A stretch of 64,000 nucleotides of DNA from Macrostomum lignano (taxonomy: Eukaryota), in contig NIVC01001392.1 in NCBI GenBank assembly GCA_002269645.1, forward strand, positions 233,919 through 297,918, written 5' to 3'. Both the position numbers and the translations under genes were made by a program. Below the pieces are notes generated by a model, which was given only the letters and a program-made list of their open reading frames with translations, was not told where the DNA came from and did no database searches. Of the stretch, positions 47,189 through 63,348 are shown one piece after another. Position 1 is the first letter of the stretch. Every line of letters begins with the position of its first letter.

Positions 47189-48996
47189 CCCAGAAATCCG
47201 ACGTTTTAAACTTAATGCAAATTGCAATCTGGAACTTTGATTGCAAAGATTGTGAAAATTTTAAATTTTGCAGCAACCGCTGTATGCATCCATATCATTA
47301 TGCATCTAGCTTAACTCAAAACTTGTCGTTTTACGAATTCTTCAGCCACGTCTGAAGTGCACTGTTTGCGTATCAAAATTATTGCATGTATCATTTGTAG
47401 ACGGTGGGCAAAAAGCGTTGGGAGGAGCGGTGAAAGTGGGATAGAGAATTGGGATAAGGCTGCCTCCGTTTCACTCGAATCCCCAACTGATTCTCCCTCC
47501 CCCCAGTCGCCCGCCCGCTGTCTCCCGCTGAGCACAGGAAAAAGCCCCGCTGCACAGGCTTTCAAAGCGAAGAAGAAAAGTGAGCTCGGCCTAAAAGGAG
47601 GGACAGGGGAAATGAGGGAGGGGAGAATGCAGACGCGGACCGACAGGAAGAGGGCGGCTCAGTAACTGACGGGGCGGAGGGGTAGCGTAGCGGCCTGAGG
47701 AGCCCGCCATCTGGATATGAGTACTCTGAAGTGCGCTGCTGGAGAAGAGGGAAAGGAAGAAAGCAGTGGGATAGGGAGAGGAACGAGGGGAGAAAAGACT
47801 CTGAGGCTACAGCAGGGAGACTTGGATGAGGTCGGTCGGCTCCTCTCTCTCTCTCTCTCAATTCTCTTCCCTTTGCAAAATATCCCCGCTCAAATCCGTG
47901 CTCAGCAACTGCAAGGGAGGGGAGGGGACGGTGGGCTCAGCGTTGCCTTCCACAACGCAGCCTCCTCATTCTCAGTTCATCTGCCGCGGCCTGCGTGACC
48001 ATGATGAGTCAGGCTGGGAGCTCTTAATCCTCTCCGGCGGCCCAGAATTCGTCAGACCCCCCCCCCCAGTCTCCTCCTCAGCCGGGCTGCAGCCACCCCC
48101 AGCTCGGGTCTTCTTAAGAAGCGGCTCAGACTGCCAGCCGCCTCCAGTTGCTCATTGATTTCTTGCCAATCGCGAGAGGAGACGCTACGGATATGTAAGT
48201 ACTTGAAGCCGCAGTTCTTCGGTATTTCCCTGTATCTAAGCTATTCGAAAATGACGACTAACAACAGCATAAATTTTCGCCCGTCACCGAACCTCGTTCC
48301 TCTGGGTTGAGATTTGCTGCTCAAAGTCTCGGGCTGGGCTGAACCCTAACTTCCTTGTCAATTTTTACTTTCTTCTTAAGCAATAGTTTCGGCTTAGAAA
48401 GTAAAATTGACCAGGTGTTTGGACAGTCTGGCTGGCGATAAGATCACAACCTAAATGAATGAGGGGCGGTGGCAGTTCAGTCTAATTGGGCCAATCTGCA
48501 TCTGTACTGCCCCCCCGTTTCAATAACTGCCGCAAATATTTTAATTGCCCATTTACTGTTTTTTAAATATACTGTAGATAAAAAACTTGCCAATTGTTTT
48601 ACTAATTAATTGACTGAGCCCAATTGTCATTTTGTTATTTTGTTTTATTCTATTTGCGATTTAGATTCAAATTCGTAATCTATTTACCCATAGAACTCAT
48701 ATAGGTTGTATAAGCAAATGAGGTAAATAAAACCGGTTCTCTATTTAGCCTAGCAGTTTAAAACAAACTTCTAGCAGTTATAATTTTAGCACAGCGCGTA
48801 CCATTACAACTGTATATTTATGGATAGTGCCAAGTGCCCAGCATTTCCATAGTGTGCTTCAGCTGGTGCATATGAACAAAGCAAAATAGACACAATTTCA
48901 AACGGGACGATAGCGGGATAGCGAGTGGATTTTTCTAGGACAAGAAAGCGAACGGCAGTCACATAACAATTTTTATTATCAGCTTAATGTGAAACT

Positions 48997-49500
48997 GTCT
49001 GTGACGGGGAGGGGTAGAGCTGGGCAAGGGTCTGTGACGGGGAGGGGTAGAGCTGGGCAAGGGTCTGTGGCGGGGAAGGGTAGAGCTGGGCAAGGGTCTG
49101 TGGCGGGGAGGGGTAGAGCTGGGGTAGGGTTTGTGACGGGGAGGGGTAGATCTGGGGAAGGGTCTGTGACGGGGTGGGGTAGAGCTGGGGAAGGGTCTGT
49201 GACGGGGAGGGGTAGATCTGGGGAAGGGTCTGTGACGGGGAGGGGTAGATCTGGGGAAGGGTCTGTGACGGGGAGGGGAAGAGCTGGGGAAGGGTCTGTG
49301 GCGGGGTGGGGTAGAGCTGGGGAAGGGTCTGTGACGGGGAGGGGTAGATCTGGGGAAGGGTCTGTGGCGGGGAGGGGTAGAGCTGGGGAAGGGTCTGTGG
49401 CGGGGAGGGGTAGAGCTGGGGAAGGGTCTGTGGCGGGGAGGGGTAGAGCTGGGGAAGGGTCTGTGGCGGGGAGGGGTGGAGCTGGGGAAGGATCTGGGGC
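48997..49500. repeat. 33-bp G-rich minisatellite (about 15 copies)
   Basis: Unit GGGTCTGTGACGGGGAGGGGTAGAGCTGGGGAA. Confidence 0.95.
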
Positions 49501-50015
49501 AGATTTTGGTGATACTCGTAGTTTGTAATGGTGGTGGAGCAGAGCCAACACAGGTTGCTATCACACGGGGCAAGCTGCACTCCTTCAAGAATCCAGTGCA
49601 AGAAAAAGGAGCCGGTTATGTAGTCAGAAATCGTATAAATAAGCAAAGTAAAAAATACACAATTTCAAGACACGCACACAAACGAGGCACTGTTATAAAA
49701 AATTAATAAAAAAGAGATCGTAAGTTTATCGATGCGCAAGCGAAACCAGTCTCAAGGATTCCAAACAAAAAAATGCCCGAATGAGCGCAGAAATCAGGGC
49801 AGTTGCAAAAGACAAAACAATTTCTAACTGACACTGTCTTGTTGTCAGTTCAGCTTCAACTGTAGCAGCAGCGAAGGGTTTTCCATCCAGCCTACTAAAG
49901 CGGATGATGCAAGTGTAAAAGCCTGTATTGAAAGCGGCAAAGCTAATTTTCAACGCAAGAGCATCTGCGTCAGGTTGAACTCAAAGTAGTAACTGATTTT
50001 GTCCTCAGTAACGGC

Positions 50016-50297
50016 TCAGACCTCGTCGATGGTCTGGCCAGCTGAAGGGTTGCGGCTCCTTGTGCGGCTGCTCTTCTGCCGGACAATCTGCAGCATGATC
50101 AGCTTCCGGTTGCCTGCCCGCTCGCCCAGGCCCACCAGGCAGCGTTTGTCCCGGCTCAGGATCACCTTGAAGATGTCGATGTTGGAGGTGAACCAGCACA
50201 GCTGGGACCCGTCGTTCAGCTTCCAGACCCGGATGGAGCCGTCCCAGCTGCCCGAGGCCAGGATCTCGGAGTCGGCGCTGAAGCACACCGATTGCAC
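50016..50297 (-). CDS. WD40-repeat protein (NWD1/NWD2-like C-terminus), last exon
   Basis: VQSVCFSADSEILASGSWDGSIRVWKL; joins the previous exon to make GHTED|VQSVCFS; stop TGA at 50016-50018. Confidence 0.88.
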   Translation of the reverse strand: MQSVCFSADSEILASGSWDGSIRVWKLNDGSQLCWFTSNIDIFKVILSRDKRCLVGLGERAGNRKLIMLQIVRQKSSRTRSRNPSAGQTIDEV

Positions 50298-50309
50298 CTG
50301 CATTTTGGG

Positions 50310-52175
50310 GGTTCGGTTGTGAGTGTTGCAGGATTCTCTAGCACGGCTGTTGGGTCTGTTGCATTATTCTCTAGCACGGTTGCTGGGTCTGTTGCAGGAT
50401 TCTCTAGCACGGTTGCTGGGTCTGTTGCAGGATTCTCTAGCACGGTTGCTGGGTCTGTTGCAGGATTCTCTAGCACGGTTGCTGGGTCTGTTGCAGGATT
50501 CTCTAGCACGGTTGTTGGGTCTGTTGCAGGATTCTCTAGCACGGTTGCTGGGTCTGATTCAGGATTCTCTAGCACGGTTGTTGGGTCTGATTCAGGATTC
50601 TCTAGCACGGTTGCTGGGTCTGATTCAGGATTCTCTAGCACGGTTGCTGGGTCTGTTGCAGGATTCTCTAGCACGGTTGCTGGGTCTGTTGCAGGATTCT
50701 CTAGCACGGTTGCTGGGTCTTTTTCAGGATTCTCTAGCACGGTTGCTGGGTCTGTTGCAGGATTCTCTAGCACGGTTGCTGGGTGTGTTTCAGGATTCTC
50801 TAGCACGGCTGTTGGGTCTGTTGCAGGATTCTCTAGCACGGTTGCTGGGTCTGTTGCAGGATTCTCTAGCACGGTTGTTGGGTCTGATTCAGGATTCTCT
50901 AGCACGGCTGTTGGGTCTGTTGCAGGATTCTCTAGCACGGTTGTTGGGTCTGTTGCAGGATTCTCTAGCACGGTTGCTGGGTCTGTTGCAGGATTCTCTA
51001 GCACGGTTGTTGGGTCTGTTGCAGGATTCTCTAGCACGGTTGCTGGGTCTGTTTCAGGATTCTCTAGCACGGTTGTTGGGTCTGATTCAGGATTCTCTAG
51101 CACGGCTGTTGGGTCTGTTGCAGGATTCTCTAGCACGGCTGTTGGGTCTGTTGCAGGATTCTCTAGCACGGTTGCTGGGTCTGTTGCAGGATTCTCTAGC
51201 ACGGTTGCTGGGTGTGTTTCAGGATTCTCTAGCACGGTTGCTGGGTCTGTTTCAGGATTCTCTAGCACGGTTGTTGGGTCTGATTCAGGATTCTCTAGCA
51301 CGGCTGTTGGGTCTGTTGCAGGATTCTCTAGCACGGCTGTTGGGTCTGTTGCAGGATTCTCTAGCACGGTTGTTGGGTCTGTTGCAGGATTCTCTAGCAC
51401 TGTTGTTGGGTCTGTTGCAGGATTCTCTAGCACGGTTGCTGGGTCTGTTGCAGGATTCTCTAGCACGGTTGCTGGGTGTGTTTCAGGATTCTCTAGCACG
51501 GCTGTTGGGTCTGTTGCAGGATTCTCTAGCACGGTTGCTGGGTCTGTTGCAGGATTCTCTAGCACGGTTGCTGGGTCTGTTGCAGGATTCTCTAGCACGG
51601 TTGCTGGGTCTGTTGCAGGATTCTCTAGCACGGTTGCTGGGTCTGTTGCAGGATTCTCTAGCACGGTTGTTGGGTCTGTTGCAGGATTCTCTAGCACGGT
51701 TGCTGGGTCTGTTGCAGGATTCTCTAGCACGGTTGTTGGGTCTGTTGCAGGATTCTCTAGCACGGTTGCTGGGTCTGTTTCAGGATTCTCTAGCACGGTT
51801 GTTGGGTCTGATTCAGGATTCTCTAGCACGGCTGTTGGGTCTGTTGCAGGATTCTCTAGCACGGCTGTTGGGTCTGTTGCAGGATTCTCTAGCACGGCTG
51901 TTGGGTCTGTTGCAGGATTCTCTAGCACGGCTGTTGGGTCTGTTGCAGGATTCTCTAGCACGGTTGCTGGGTGTGCTTCAGGATTCTCTAGCACGGTTGT
52001 TGGGTCTGTTGCAGGATTCTCTAGCACGGCTGCAGAAGGGTTGTGGGTCTGTTGCAGGATTCTCTAGCACGGCTGCAGAAGGGTTGTGGGTCTGTTGCAG
52101 GATTCTCTAGCTCGGCTGCAGAAGGGTTGTGGGTCTGTTGCAGGATTCTCTAGCACGGCTGCAGAAGGGTTGTGA
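50310..52175. repeat. 33-bp intronic minisatellite (about 56 copies)
   Basis: Unit GGGTCTGTTGCAGGATTCTCTAGCACGGTTGCT; source of the VLENPATDPAT pseudo-ORFs. Confidence 0.95.
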
Positions 52176-52654
52176 GTCTGTTTCAGGCTTCTCAGCGCTG
52201 CAAGTTAAGCAGAGTTGACCGTGGTTAGTGAGTATCTAAATGTGCTGCTTGCTTCGCCCCCGAAAGGCATCCAAGGTTGTGCCCGAGCTGCTCGCTTACT
52301 TGAGCAGACGCCAAAAAAAACAAAATAGCAGGAGAACGCCCAAAGAAGTCGATGGAGGATTACGGATTTCACTAAAATGAGAAATATTCGGAGAAAAGAA
52401 GAAAAATGAGAAAGCCACCTGCTGCGCCTCTCTCGACACGTGGGTGTTCTTTATTCAAATAGAATGAAACTGCCGTGATGGAGATAATCGCTGCTTTTTT
52501 GCGCCTTTGACAAAGAAACACAAATTGGACAATTTTATGCAACAGTTCGAAGTCTTAAGGAAACTGCAATTCAATGCGGAAATGCACATTTTGAAAGATA
52601 TTTTACGGCTCAGGTGGTGACCACTTTCAGGCGCGCCTGGACTTATTATCCTCT

Positions 52655-53595
52655 GGTCACTCTGCCACTCAGATTGGGTCACTCTGCCACTCAGATTGGG
52701 TCACTCTGCTACTCAGATTGGGTCACTCTGCCACCCAGTTTGGGTCACTCTGCTACTCAAATAGGGTCACTCTGCCACTCAGATTGGGTCACTCTGCCAC
52801 CCAGTTTGGGTCACTCTGCTACTCAAATAGGGTCACTCTGCCACTCAGATTGGGTCACTCTGCCACTCAGATTGGGTCACTCTGCCACTCAGATTGGGTC
52901 ACTCTGCCACTCAAATCGGGTCACTCTGCCACTCAGATTGGGTCACTACGTCACTCAGATTGGGTCACTCTGCCACTCAGATTGGGTCACTATGCTACTG
53001 AAATTGGGTCACTCTGCCACTCAGATTGGGTCACTCTGCCACTCAGATTGGGTCACTCTGCCACTCAGATTGGGTCACTCTGCCACTCAAATCGGGTCAC
53101 TCTGCCACTCAGATTGGGTCACTCTGCCACTCAGATTGGGTCACTATGCTACTGAAATTGGGTCACTCTGCCACTCAGATTGGGTCACTCTGCCACTCAG
53201 ATTGGGTCACTCTGCCACTCAGATTGGGTCACTCTAGCTGCCACTCAGATTGGGCCACTCTGCCACTCAAATCGGGTCACTCTGCCACTCAGATTGGGTC
53301 ACTACGTCACTCAGATTGGGTCACTCTGCCACTCAGATTGGGTCACTCTGCCACTCAGATTGGGTCACTATGCTACTGAAATTGGGTCACTCTGCCACTC
53401 AGATTGGGTCACTCTGCCACTCAGATTGGGTCACTCTGCCACTCAGATTGGGTCACTCTGCCACTCAGATTGGGTCACTCTAGCTGCCACTCAGATTGGG
53501 CCACTCTGCCACTCAGATTGGGTCACTCTGCCACTCAGATTGGGTCACTCTGACACTCAGATTGGGTCACTCTGCTACTCAAATTGAGTCACTCT
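52655..53595. repeat. 22-bp intronic minisatellite (about 42 copies)
   Basis: Unit GGTCACTCTGCCACTCAGATTG. Confidence 0.95.
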
Positions 53596-53685
53596 GCCCA
53601 ACTCAGTTGAGAACGATCCTCACCCCAAGAGGCAGCTGAACTCAGCTGATCTCAGCGGCTAATGTAAAGCAATTAGTTCACTCAC

Positions 53686-54213
53686 ATCCTCAGTGTGGCC
53701 CTCCAGCGTGAACAGCAGGCTCTCGCTGGTCATGTCCCACACTTTGATCAGCGCGTCCGAGCCGCCGCTAGCAAACAGCCGGCCGTCCGCCGACCAGGCT
53801 GTGGCCTTGATCGGTGACCGGTGCGCCAGTTGGCCATTCGGCAGGACGATGGGCCGCTCAACCAGGCCGGTGCCCAGGGCCCACACCAGCAGTTCGCCTT
53901 TGGCGGAGCCGGTCACAGCCTCGCCGGCGCCGAGCTCCGTACAGCTGACCACAGCGTCGAAGTCCACCTGCAGCGGCAGAGTGCCGCTGGGCAGGCTCAG
54001 GTCGTACACCAGGTAGGTGGCCGTGCCGCTAGCCGTATTGGGGAAGCCGGCCACCACGAACTGGTCCTCGCGGCTGACGTGCAGGTAGGTGATGACCTCC
54101 GTTAGTCCCGGCACAGCTGGCAGCGGCAGCGTCCTGGTGGCGCTATTGCTGACGATGTCCCAGACTAGCAGGTCGCAGGCCTTCTCGTCGGAGTCCACGC
54201 AGGCCACGACAGC
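53686..54213 (-). CDS. WD40-repeat protein exon
   Basis: gacAG| AVVACVD...LLVWDI...AHRSPIKATAWSADGRLFASGGSDALIKVWDM...LEGHTED |GTGAGT; 528 nt, phase 0/0. Confidence 0.88.
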
Positions 54214-54261
54214 CTGTCCGAGTTGGGGCGGGTGAGTTAACGACACGTCAGGCCACATCCG

Positions 54262-54570
54262 ATGCCTCCTCCGCAACCCACACCTCTGAGACCCGCACCC
54301 TTCAGGCCGCTGCCTCCTCCGCAACCCCCACCTCTGAGACCCGCACCCTACAGGCCGCTGCCTCCTCCGCAACCCCCACCTCTGAGACCCGCACCCTACA
54401 GGCCGCTGCCTCCTCCGCAACCCCCACCTCTGAGACCCGCACCCTACAGGCCGCTGCCTCCTCCGCAACCCCCACCTCTGAGACCCGCACACTTCAGGCC
54501 GCTGCCTCCTCCGCAACCCCCACCTCTGAGACCCGCACCCTTCAGGCCGCTGCCTCCTCCGCAACCCGCG
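54262..54570. repeat. 48-bp intronic minisatellite (about 6 copies)
   Basis: Unit CAGGCCGCTGCCTCCTCCGCAACCCCCACCTCTGAGACCCGCACCCTA. Confidence 0.92.
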
Positions 54571-54596
54571 CTGCCCCATCCTCTCGTCGAGCTCAC

Positions 54597-54893
54597 ATGA
54601 GTTCCGCTGCGGTTGATGGCCACAGTAGAGCAGAAAACGTCCTCCTGATTGGCCACCTCCCGGCCGTGCCGGAAGTCCCACATCTGCAGTCGGTGCCGGC
54701 CGCTGGCCTCGTCAAGCACGAGACCCAGCAGCACGGAGTCCTCGCTGGCCAGGTGAATCTCCGTGCAGCCAACGTCGCGCCCGTCCATCACCTTGATGAG
54801 GTCGCCGGTCTCGCAGTCCCACACCTGGGCTGGCCCGGCTGCGTTGCCAGTGACAACATATTTGCTGTTTTGTGTTATGAGGGCGCAGTCGAC
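54597..54893 (-). CDS. WD40-repeat protein exon
   Basis: cacacAG| VDCALITQNSKYVVTGNAAGPAQVWDCETGDLIKVMDG...LQMWDF...SGTH |GTGAGC; 297 nt, phase 0/0. Confidence 0.85.
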
Positions 54894-54926
54894 CTGTGTG
54901 CGTGCATTGGGCGAGAGTTCGGTGAG

Positions 54927-55422
<496 letters not shown>

Positions 55423-55440
55423 CAGCAAGCCTAATCTCAC

Positions 55441-55980
55441 CTTGATATTCTCGCTGAGGAAGACATTCTCCTGGGTCTGAGCAGCCGAGGCCTCCGCACC
55501 CACCGCCTCCATGTGATAGTTGGACGCGATGTCCAGGACGCGGTCGCGGCCGACGGTGAGGGTCTGCCTTGGCCGGTACGCCGTGCCCATCATGTCCGAC
55601 ATCGCGTCCGAACCGTTTTGGTGCTGCATTCCGGTCCGGGTGGTCCGCTCGAACCGGCTGCCGCCCCAGGTGGCAGAGACCCCGCCAGCCCCGGCGGGCG
55701 GAGGCACCGACCTGATTGACATGGCGTCCTGCTGCTGCTGCTGCTGCTGCTGGTACAGGTAATGCTGGCTATGGTTGAATCCACCGCCAGCCCCCGCCGC
55801 TGCCCCGGACTGCAGGTGCACGAAGGGCCGGCCGTCAACGGCGGATCGGTCCACCAGGCCGATGTCTGTCTGCTGGAGCAGCGAGGCGGACACAAGGTTG
55901 ATGCGAGTCAGCAAGTGGTGGTAAAGTTCCTCTTTCCTTTGTCTCTGCATTGCCCGGGCCTTGGTGCCGCGGCTCACTGC
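55441..55980 (-). CDS. Low-complexity (Gln/Gly/Ala-rich) exon; putative cytoplasmic tail of the LamG-TM protein
   Basis: 540-nt open frame, GC3-rich, acceptor gatAG, donor AAG|GTGAGA, phase 0/0. Confidence 0.7.
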
Positions 55981-56759
55981 CTATCCTATCTAAGGCCAAG
56001 AGAGAATGCAAAAAGTGCCGATCGAATCTGCGAGAGACAGCGTCTTATTCGTTTCCTTTCTCTCTGTCTCTCTCTCTCGCTGTCTGGTTAGTTTGAAGGA
56101 TGAGGCTGAGAGAGGCGATCCAGATTAGCTGGCGGAAATGGAAGGATCAGGGCTTGATCTGCATGATCGGGCGGGATTCCAAGCACTGCGGAGAGACAGT
56201 CGGCTGGTTTCAAATGCCGATCTCTTTTTCACTGTAGCAGTTCATACTGGCAGGGCTGTACTATCTGTGTGTGTTCTCCATGTCTCTCCCCCCCCCTAGG
56301 CTCAGTCTGTGCTTGCTTGCTTGCTTGTGTGCGCGACCAGCGCTTCGAAACCGGACACAGTCAGAGCAAAGGATTTTTGTTTAAACTAAACTCTAATAGA
56401 GAAGAGGCGAGCAATTCAAACGAATAAATGAGTGAGTGAGACAGAGAGCGAGCATTAATGCTCTGAGCTGGGGGCGAGTCCAACCTACACACGGCTTTGA
56501 ATCAGCTATACCAGTTTTGTTGTGGGTATTGGTTTTGTGGGGTCGCTGCAGACTCGTATTAATTAATACAAGCGCCTGCTAAAAAACGTTTGGTAGACAG
56601 AGAAGGCAGAAAAGTATAATAAATGAAGCGTAAATTATAATTTTTTTATTGAGCTGATCTAATAAACTCGCGGAAGTCATAAAATTACTGACCGGAACTG
56701 AAAGTTGCCATGAGAATTGGAATTCTCCACTAAATTAGCTCTGAAAGATTCTGCACGCT

Positions 56760-57050
56760 TGTATGACTGGGGCATGACTGCTCTCTCATGACTCTATGAC
56801 TGGAGTATGACTGCTCTCTCATGACTCTATGACTGGAGTATGACTGGTCTCTCATGACTCGATGACTGGGGCATGACTGCTCTCTCATGACTCGATGACT
56901 GGGGCATGACTGCTCTCTCATGACTCTATGACTGGGGCATGACTGCTCTCTCATGACTCTATGACTGGGGCATGACTGCTCTCTCATGACTCTATGACTG
57001 GAGTATGACTGGTCTCTCATGACTCGATGACTGGGGCATGACTGCTCTCA
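56760..57050. repeat. 33-bp minisatellite built from ATGACT subunits
   Basis: Unit ATGACTCTATGACTGGGGCATGACTGCTCTCTC. Confidence 0.9.
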
Positions 57051-57719
57051 TACTAGTCCGGGATGAACAAGTGATTTATGACCGCTTTCCCACTGCCAGT
57101 CGCAGCTCAGATGTGCACATTTGGGCAAGATGCCAGGTAAGACAACATTCATAGCCGTATTTGTAGGGCTGTACATGTATTTTCTACAACAATTAAACGC
57201 ACAACTGACCTATTACATTCATGGACACTTGGCATTTTTTCATTGATAAATAGAAAGAAACTAAGGCGGTACAACATTCAGTTTAAAATATTTCTGTACA
57301 GCTCGACCATCACCCTGAGGTATACAAGACAAGCTAGTACACCATGGCTACTCATAGCTGCGATAGACTCCAGGGGAAATGGACGACTAAGCTATTAAAG
57401 GTGCAATACTCACTAGCAACTTCAAGGTGTGATAGTTGCTACTTTGACCAGCATTAGCCACCTGGGCAACTGTCGTGTGCTGAGAGCACGATTTAGACAG
57501 GCCCGCCGTGCAGGGGCTCTGATCAGAGAGACTGAGCAGATCTGCTCATGCTGCTGGCGCTGGTGATGGTGATAATTGCGATTTGTGATATATAAACGAA
57601 TTATTTTGTTTTTTGCAAGTGTCTGCATACCTATTTTAAGTAGGATAAGAGGGCAATTAAACTGCTTTATTAAAAAGACCTCAACACGGTCTCACTACTG
57701 TTTCCGCCCGGCACCTCAC

Positions 57720-57821
57720 CTGGTTAATGGCGCCGTCCACGGAGGCGGTGGCGCCGTTGGCGTGGCGGCGTCGCCGGCCGCTGCTGAATGCGGTGCCGAA
57801 CTGATTTCTCACGGCAGTAAG
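57720..57821 (-). CDS. Small exon of the same minus-strand chain
   Basis: tttctcctcgcacctgcAG| LTAVRNQFGTAFSSGRRRRHANGATASVDGAINQ |GTGAGG; 102 nt, phase 0/0. Confidence 0.7.
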
Positions 57822-57879
57822 CTGCAGGTGCGAGGAGAAAGGTGATAATTGTTTCTGCATGACGCCAGTGCAATTCCAG

Positions 57880-58125
57880 TCCCGAGAGGGGGAGGTGCTA
57901 GTCTACTATACTAATTTCTCAGGTCTATTCGTATGTTAGGTCCCCAGAGTGGGCGAGAGCTAGTCCACTATACTAATTTCTAAGGTCCATTTGCATTTTA
58001 GATCCCCAGAGGGGGGCGAGAGCTAGTCCACTATACTAATTTCTCAGGTCTATTCGCATGTTAGATCCTTAAAGAGGGGCGAGAGCTAGTTCACTACACT
58101 AATTTGTCAAGTCTATTCGCATGAT
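57880..58125. repeat. About 61-bp tandem repeat (4 diverged copies)
   Basis: Core GAGAGCTAGTCCACTATACTAATTTCTCAGGTCTATTCGCATGTTAG. Confidence 0.8.
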
Positions 58126-58584
58126 GTTAGAAGACAGAAGAGTCTTTCTGCTAAGATGGAGAAAGCTTGAGACATTAAAGTAAAGTCGACTGCATTTTCA
58201 CTCTGTTAGTTTAAAAAACAAATTTTGTGTTTATTCAGACCATGTCTAGGTATCGACGCAGAAATGTATTCAGTTCGCAAACGGGGAGATTTGTCTCTGG
58301 AGCTTGTTATGCAAATTTGTTTTAGCCGCAACAGATTTTAGGCAAACGCGAAATTTTGCTAATAGAAAAGTTTCTTTGTGTTGTTAGAAGCGTTTTTTTC
58401 TATGTTTACCTCAGTTCTTTCCGATCGGTAATTGTACGTGGCAGCCTGAAATATTGCAAATTTTACAGGGGCTCGATGAAATTTTATTGCAAACTTGATT
58501 CTTGCACACTGAGCTCTGTCTACAGTATAAGCAGAAGAAGTGCTTCTAGAAGATTTCGACCACTTTTCCAGGAAACCTGACATC

Positions 58585-59735
<1,151 letters not shown>

Positions 59736-59803
59736 GGACACTGCCACTCCATCAGCTCAGTGCAGCAAACCTCCCCATCCCTGTCTCACTAAAGCGCGCC
59801 TAC

Positions 59804-59959
59804 CCTGGAGTCAGCGGCTGTCAACAGCGAAGCTGCCGCGGCGCCCGCGACCAGCGTGGCGGAGCGCGCGTTGACGGAGGCTCCGCCACCTCCGCCTGCG
59901 CCTGCGCCTGCACCGGCGCCAAACAAGCCGTTTCGTGTGTCCATGGCGTCAATGTCTGC
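59804..59959 (-). CDS. Gly/Ala-rich juxtamembrane exon of the LamG-TM protein
   Basis: ctttcAG| ADIDAMDTRNGLFGAGAGAG...LLTAADSR |GTAGGC; 156 nt, phase 0/0. Read-through would end at VGAL* (59789). Confidence 0.7.
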
Positions 59960-61289
59960 CTGAAAGTTTTGGGACTGAGCGCCGCTGCCTGATGGGCTGT
60001 CTGGGCCTTCGTTTTCTCTTGTGTGTTTTTCTGTCATTTCCTGTTTCCTTTTCAGAAAATCGATTATTATTAATGTTTTTCTTAAGTCTTCGATGTGCCT
60101 TAAGCCTTAAGTCTTAATTCATTTCGTTGTCGCTTTTTATGACCTCACTGATAAATAATTTTCATGAAGATCATAAGTGTTTTTTATGTTGTTGTTGAAT
60201 TTTTCGCATTGCTTAGTAAACAGTTATATTAATTATCATATTGCATATTAGGAAATGTTATCAAGGTTAATCTGTTTGCTGATTGAGGTCCCGCTCCAGG
60301 TAAATTTTATGAATTAAAGTAATTTATTTATTTCTGCAATATGACAAATTCGAAGCGATTTCGTTAGTGGGTTAGATTTTGCAGCATGTGACTTGAAATG
60401 TACACTACTTGCGTAGTTGATCATGTCGATTAGCCAGAGCAAATCTAATTATTTAAAGCATTTCTCAATCCACCGAATCGTTGCAGGCACGAATGTTAAT
60501 AAATCAAAGTTGATAATTAATAAGAAACCATCCATAACTCCTCTCTATGCTCGTAACCCCCATACACGCCATACCCTCCTTAATCGCCATACCCGCCATA
60601 CCCTCCATGCCTGCCATACCCTCCATACTTAATATGCCTGATATCCTGCATACCTTCTATAACCTCCCATATCCTGCACTCCCTCCGTACCCTCCACATA
60701 CTCAACACAACTCAAGCTCAATTCCAATCCAAGCCATGTTTTAGCGTGGCAAAGCGTCAGTTAATAAAAATTATGCAGAATTATCAGAACTCTGCACAGG
60801 TGCTCGGGGAAATTTACCTTCGCCGATAGCTCAGTGTTGGTGGCCGCATTAATAGCCGGAGTAGGCGGTTGCTAGCATTCAATGGAGCCAGATTTTTTTT
60901 CATTTAGGTTTATTTTTAGTTTCGCAGCTACTTATAATAGCCAAATATGCGTATGACTCGATTAAGTGCTACCGCTGCAGCGGCACTTACCGAGCTTAAT
61001 GTGGCCTTCATAAGGCTGAGATTCATTTCATTTGACAGGGCCTCGGCCTCGGCCTAGAGCAGAGAATGCCAGGCACCATTTTAAACAAAACTTTGTTTAG
61101 ATAATTATGGTTATACAAGCTCGTAAATCATATTTTCAAAGTTGATTCGGAACAAGAGCTTAATGAATGATCAAAGAATGCTTGCTTGTTTTCTGAAACA
61201 AATGACACTGAAGTCTAGTAAAACTCAGTTTTTTATTTCGGGATTTTTGGAAGCCTAATGACTGTAAGATAATGATTGAGAGTTTTAAG

Positions 61290-61550
61290 CGGAAGTTTGT
61301 GTATGGGGAAGTTTGTGGATGGGGAAGTTTGTGGATGGGGAAGTTTGTGTATGGGCAAGTTTGTGTAATGGGGAAGTTTGTGGATGGGGAAGTTTGTGTA
61401 TGGGAATATTTGTGTATGGGGAATTTTGTGGATGGGGAAGTTTGTGTAATGGGGAAGTTTGTGGATGGGGAAGTTTGTGGATGGGGAAGTTTGTGTATGG
61501 GGAAGTTTGTGGATGGGAAGTTTGTGGATGGGGAAGTTTGTGGATGTTTG
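61290..61550. repeat. 16-bp intronic minisatellite
   Basis: Unit GGGGAAGTTTGTG(G/T)AT. Confidence 0.9.
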
Positions 61551-61631
61551 GGGATGTTTAACAAAGGGGATGCGGAGTTCTGAGCTTGGAAAAGTTCGGG
61601 GTTGGGTCGCGACCTCCCCCCACCGACTCAC

Positions 61632-62133
61632 CACCGCGTAGCCGCCGCCGGCCGCCCCCTTGGCGCAGCACAGGCAGTAGCCGGGCTTGCAGTGGCAGAA
61701 GGCCCACAGCAGGGAGGACAGCAGCAGCAGCAGGGCCAGCAGCAGACCGGCGATCCACGCCGACACAACGCCGAGGCCGCCGGCGCCGACGCCCGCCGCT
61801 GCCAGGCCGCCCGCGCCAGCCGCTCCGCCGCCGCCACCGCCGGCGCCCCAGCTAGAACGATGGCGCCAGCGCCCACAGCGTTCACCACGCCGTCGCTGCT
61901 GGAAAAAGAAGGCCGGAGTCCACGCCGCCGCCGCCTCCGCCTCCGACGCCAACATCGGCGTAGCCTCCGTTAGGCGGCAGCCGCAGGCCCGGCCGGAAGG
62001 GGACACGATGTCGCCGTCCGGCCGCGCAGGGCGGTGGGGAACTTGATCAGCTGGACGTCGGACGGGTGCAGCTGGCAGCCGATGCACAGCTTGCCGTCCG
62101 TCTCGACCGGGCGAATGCCGAGCCACTCGGTGT
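61632..62133 (-). CDS. Exon with Cys/Gly-rich stalk and single TM helix
   Basis: VVSAWIAGLLLALLLLLSSLLWAFCHCKPG is a TM helix with a Cys-rich juxtamembrane segment; acceptor ccgccAG, donor GTG|GTGAGT. The upstream part probably carries indel(s). Confidence 0.7.
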
Positions 62134-62156
62134 CTGGCGGGAGGGTCGGATGGGCT

Positions 62157-63317
<1,161 letters not shown>

Positions 63318-63348
63318 AGCTGCTAAATGTGCATCATATCCCTCTCAC

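Noticed and set aside
50216-52110. About 600-aa ORFs (VLENPATDPAT etc.)
   Set aside because: 33-bp minisatellite in the last WD40 intron; the flanking exons join directly to form a correct GH...WD repeat.
60823-60890. tRNA-like GCCGATAGCTCAGTGTTGGT
   Set aside because: A-box only; no B-box or cloverleaf, so at most a SINE-head relic.
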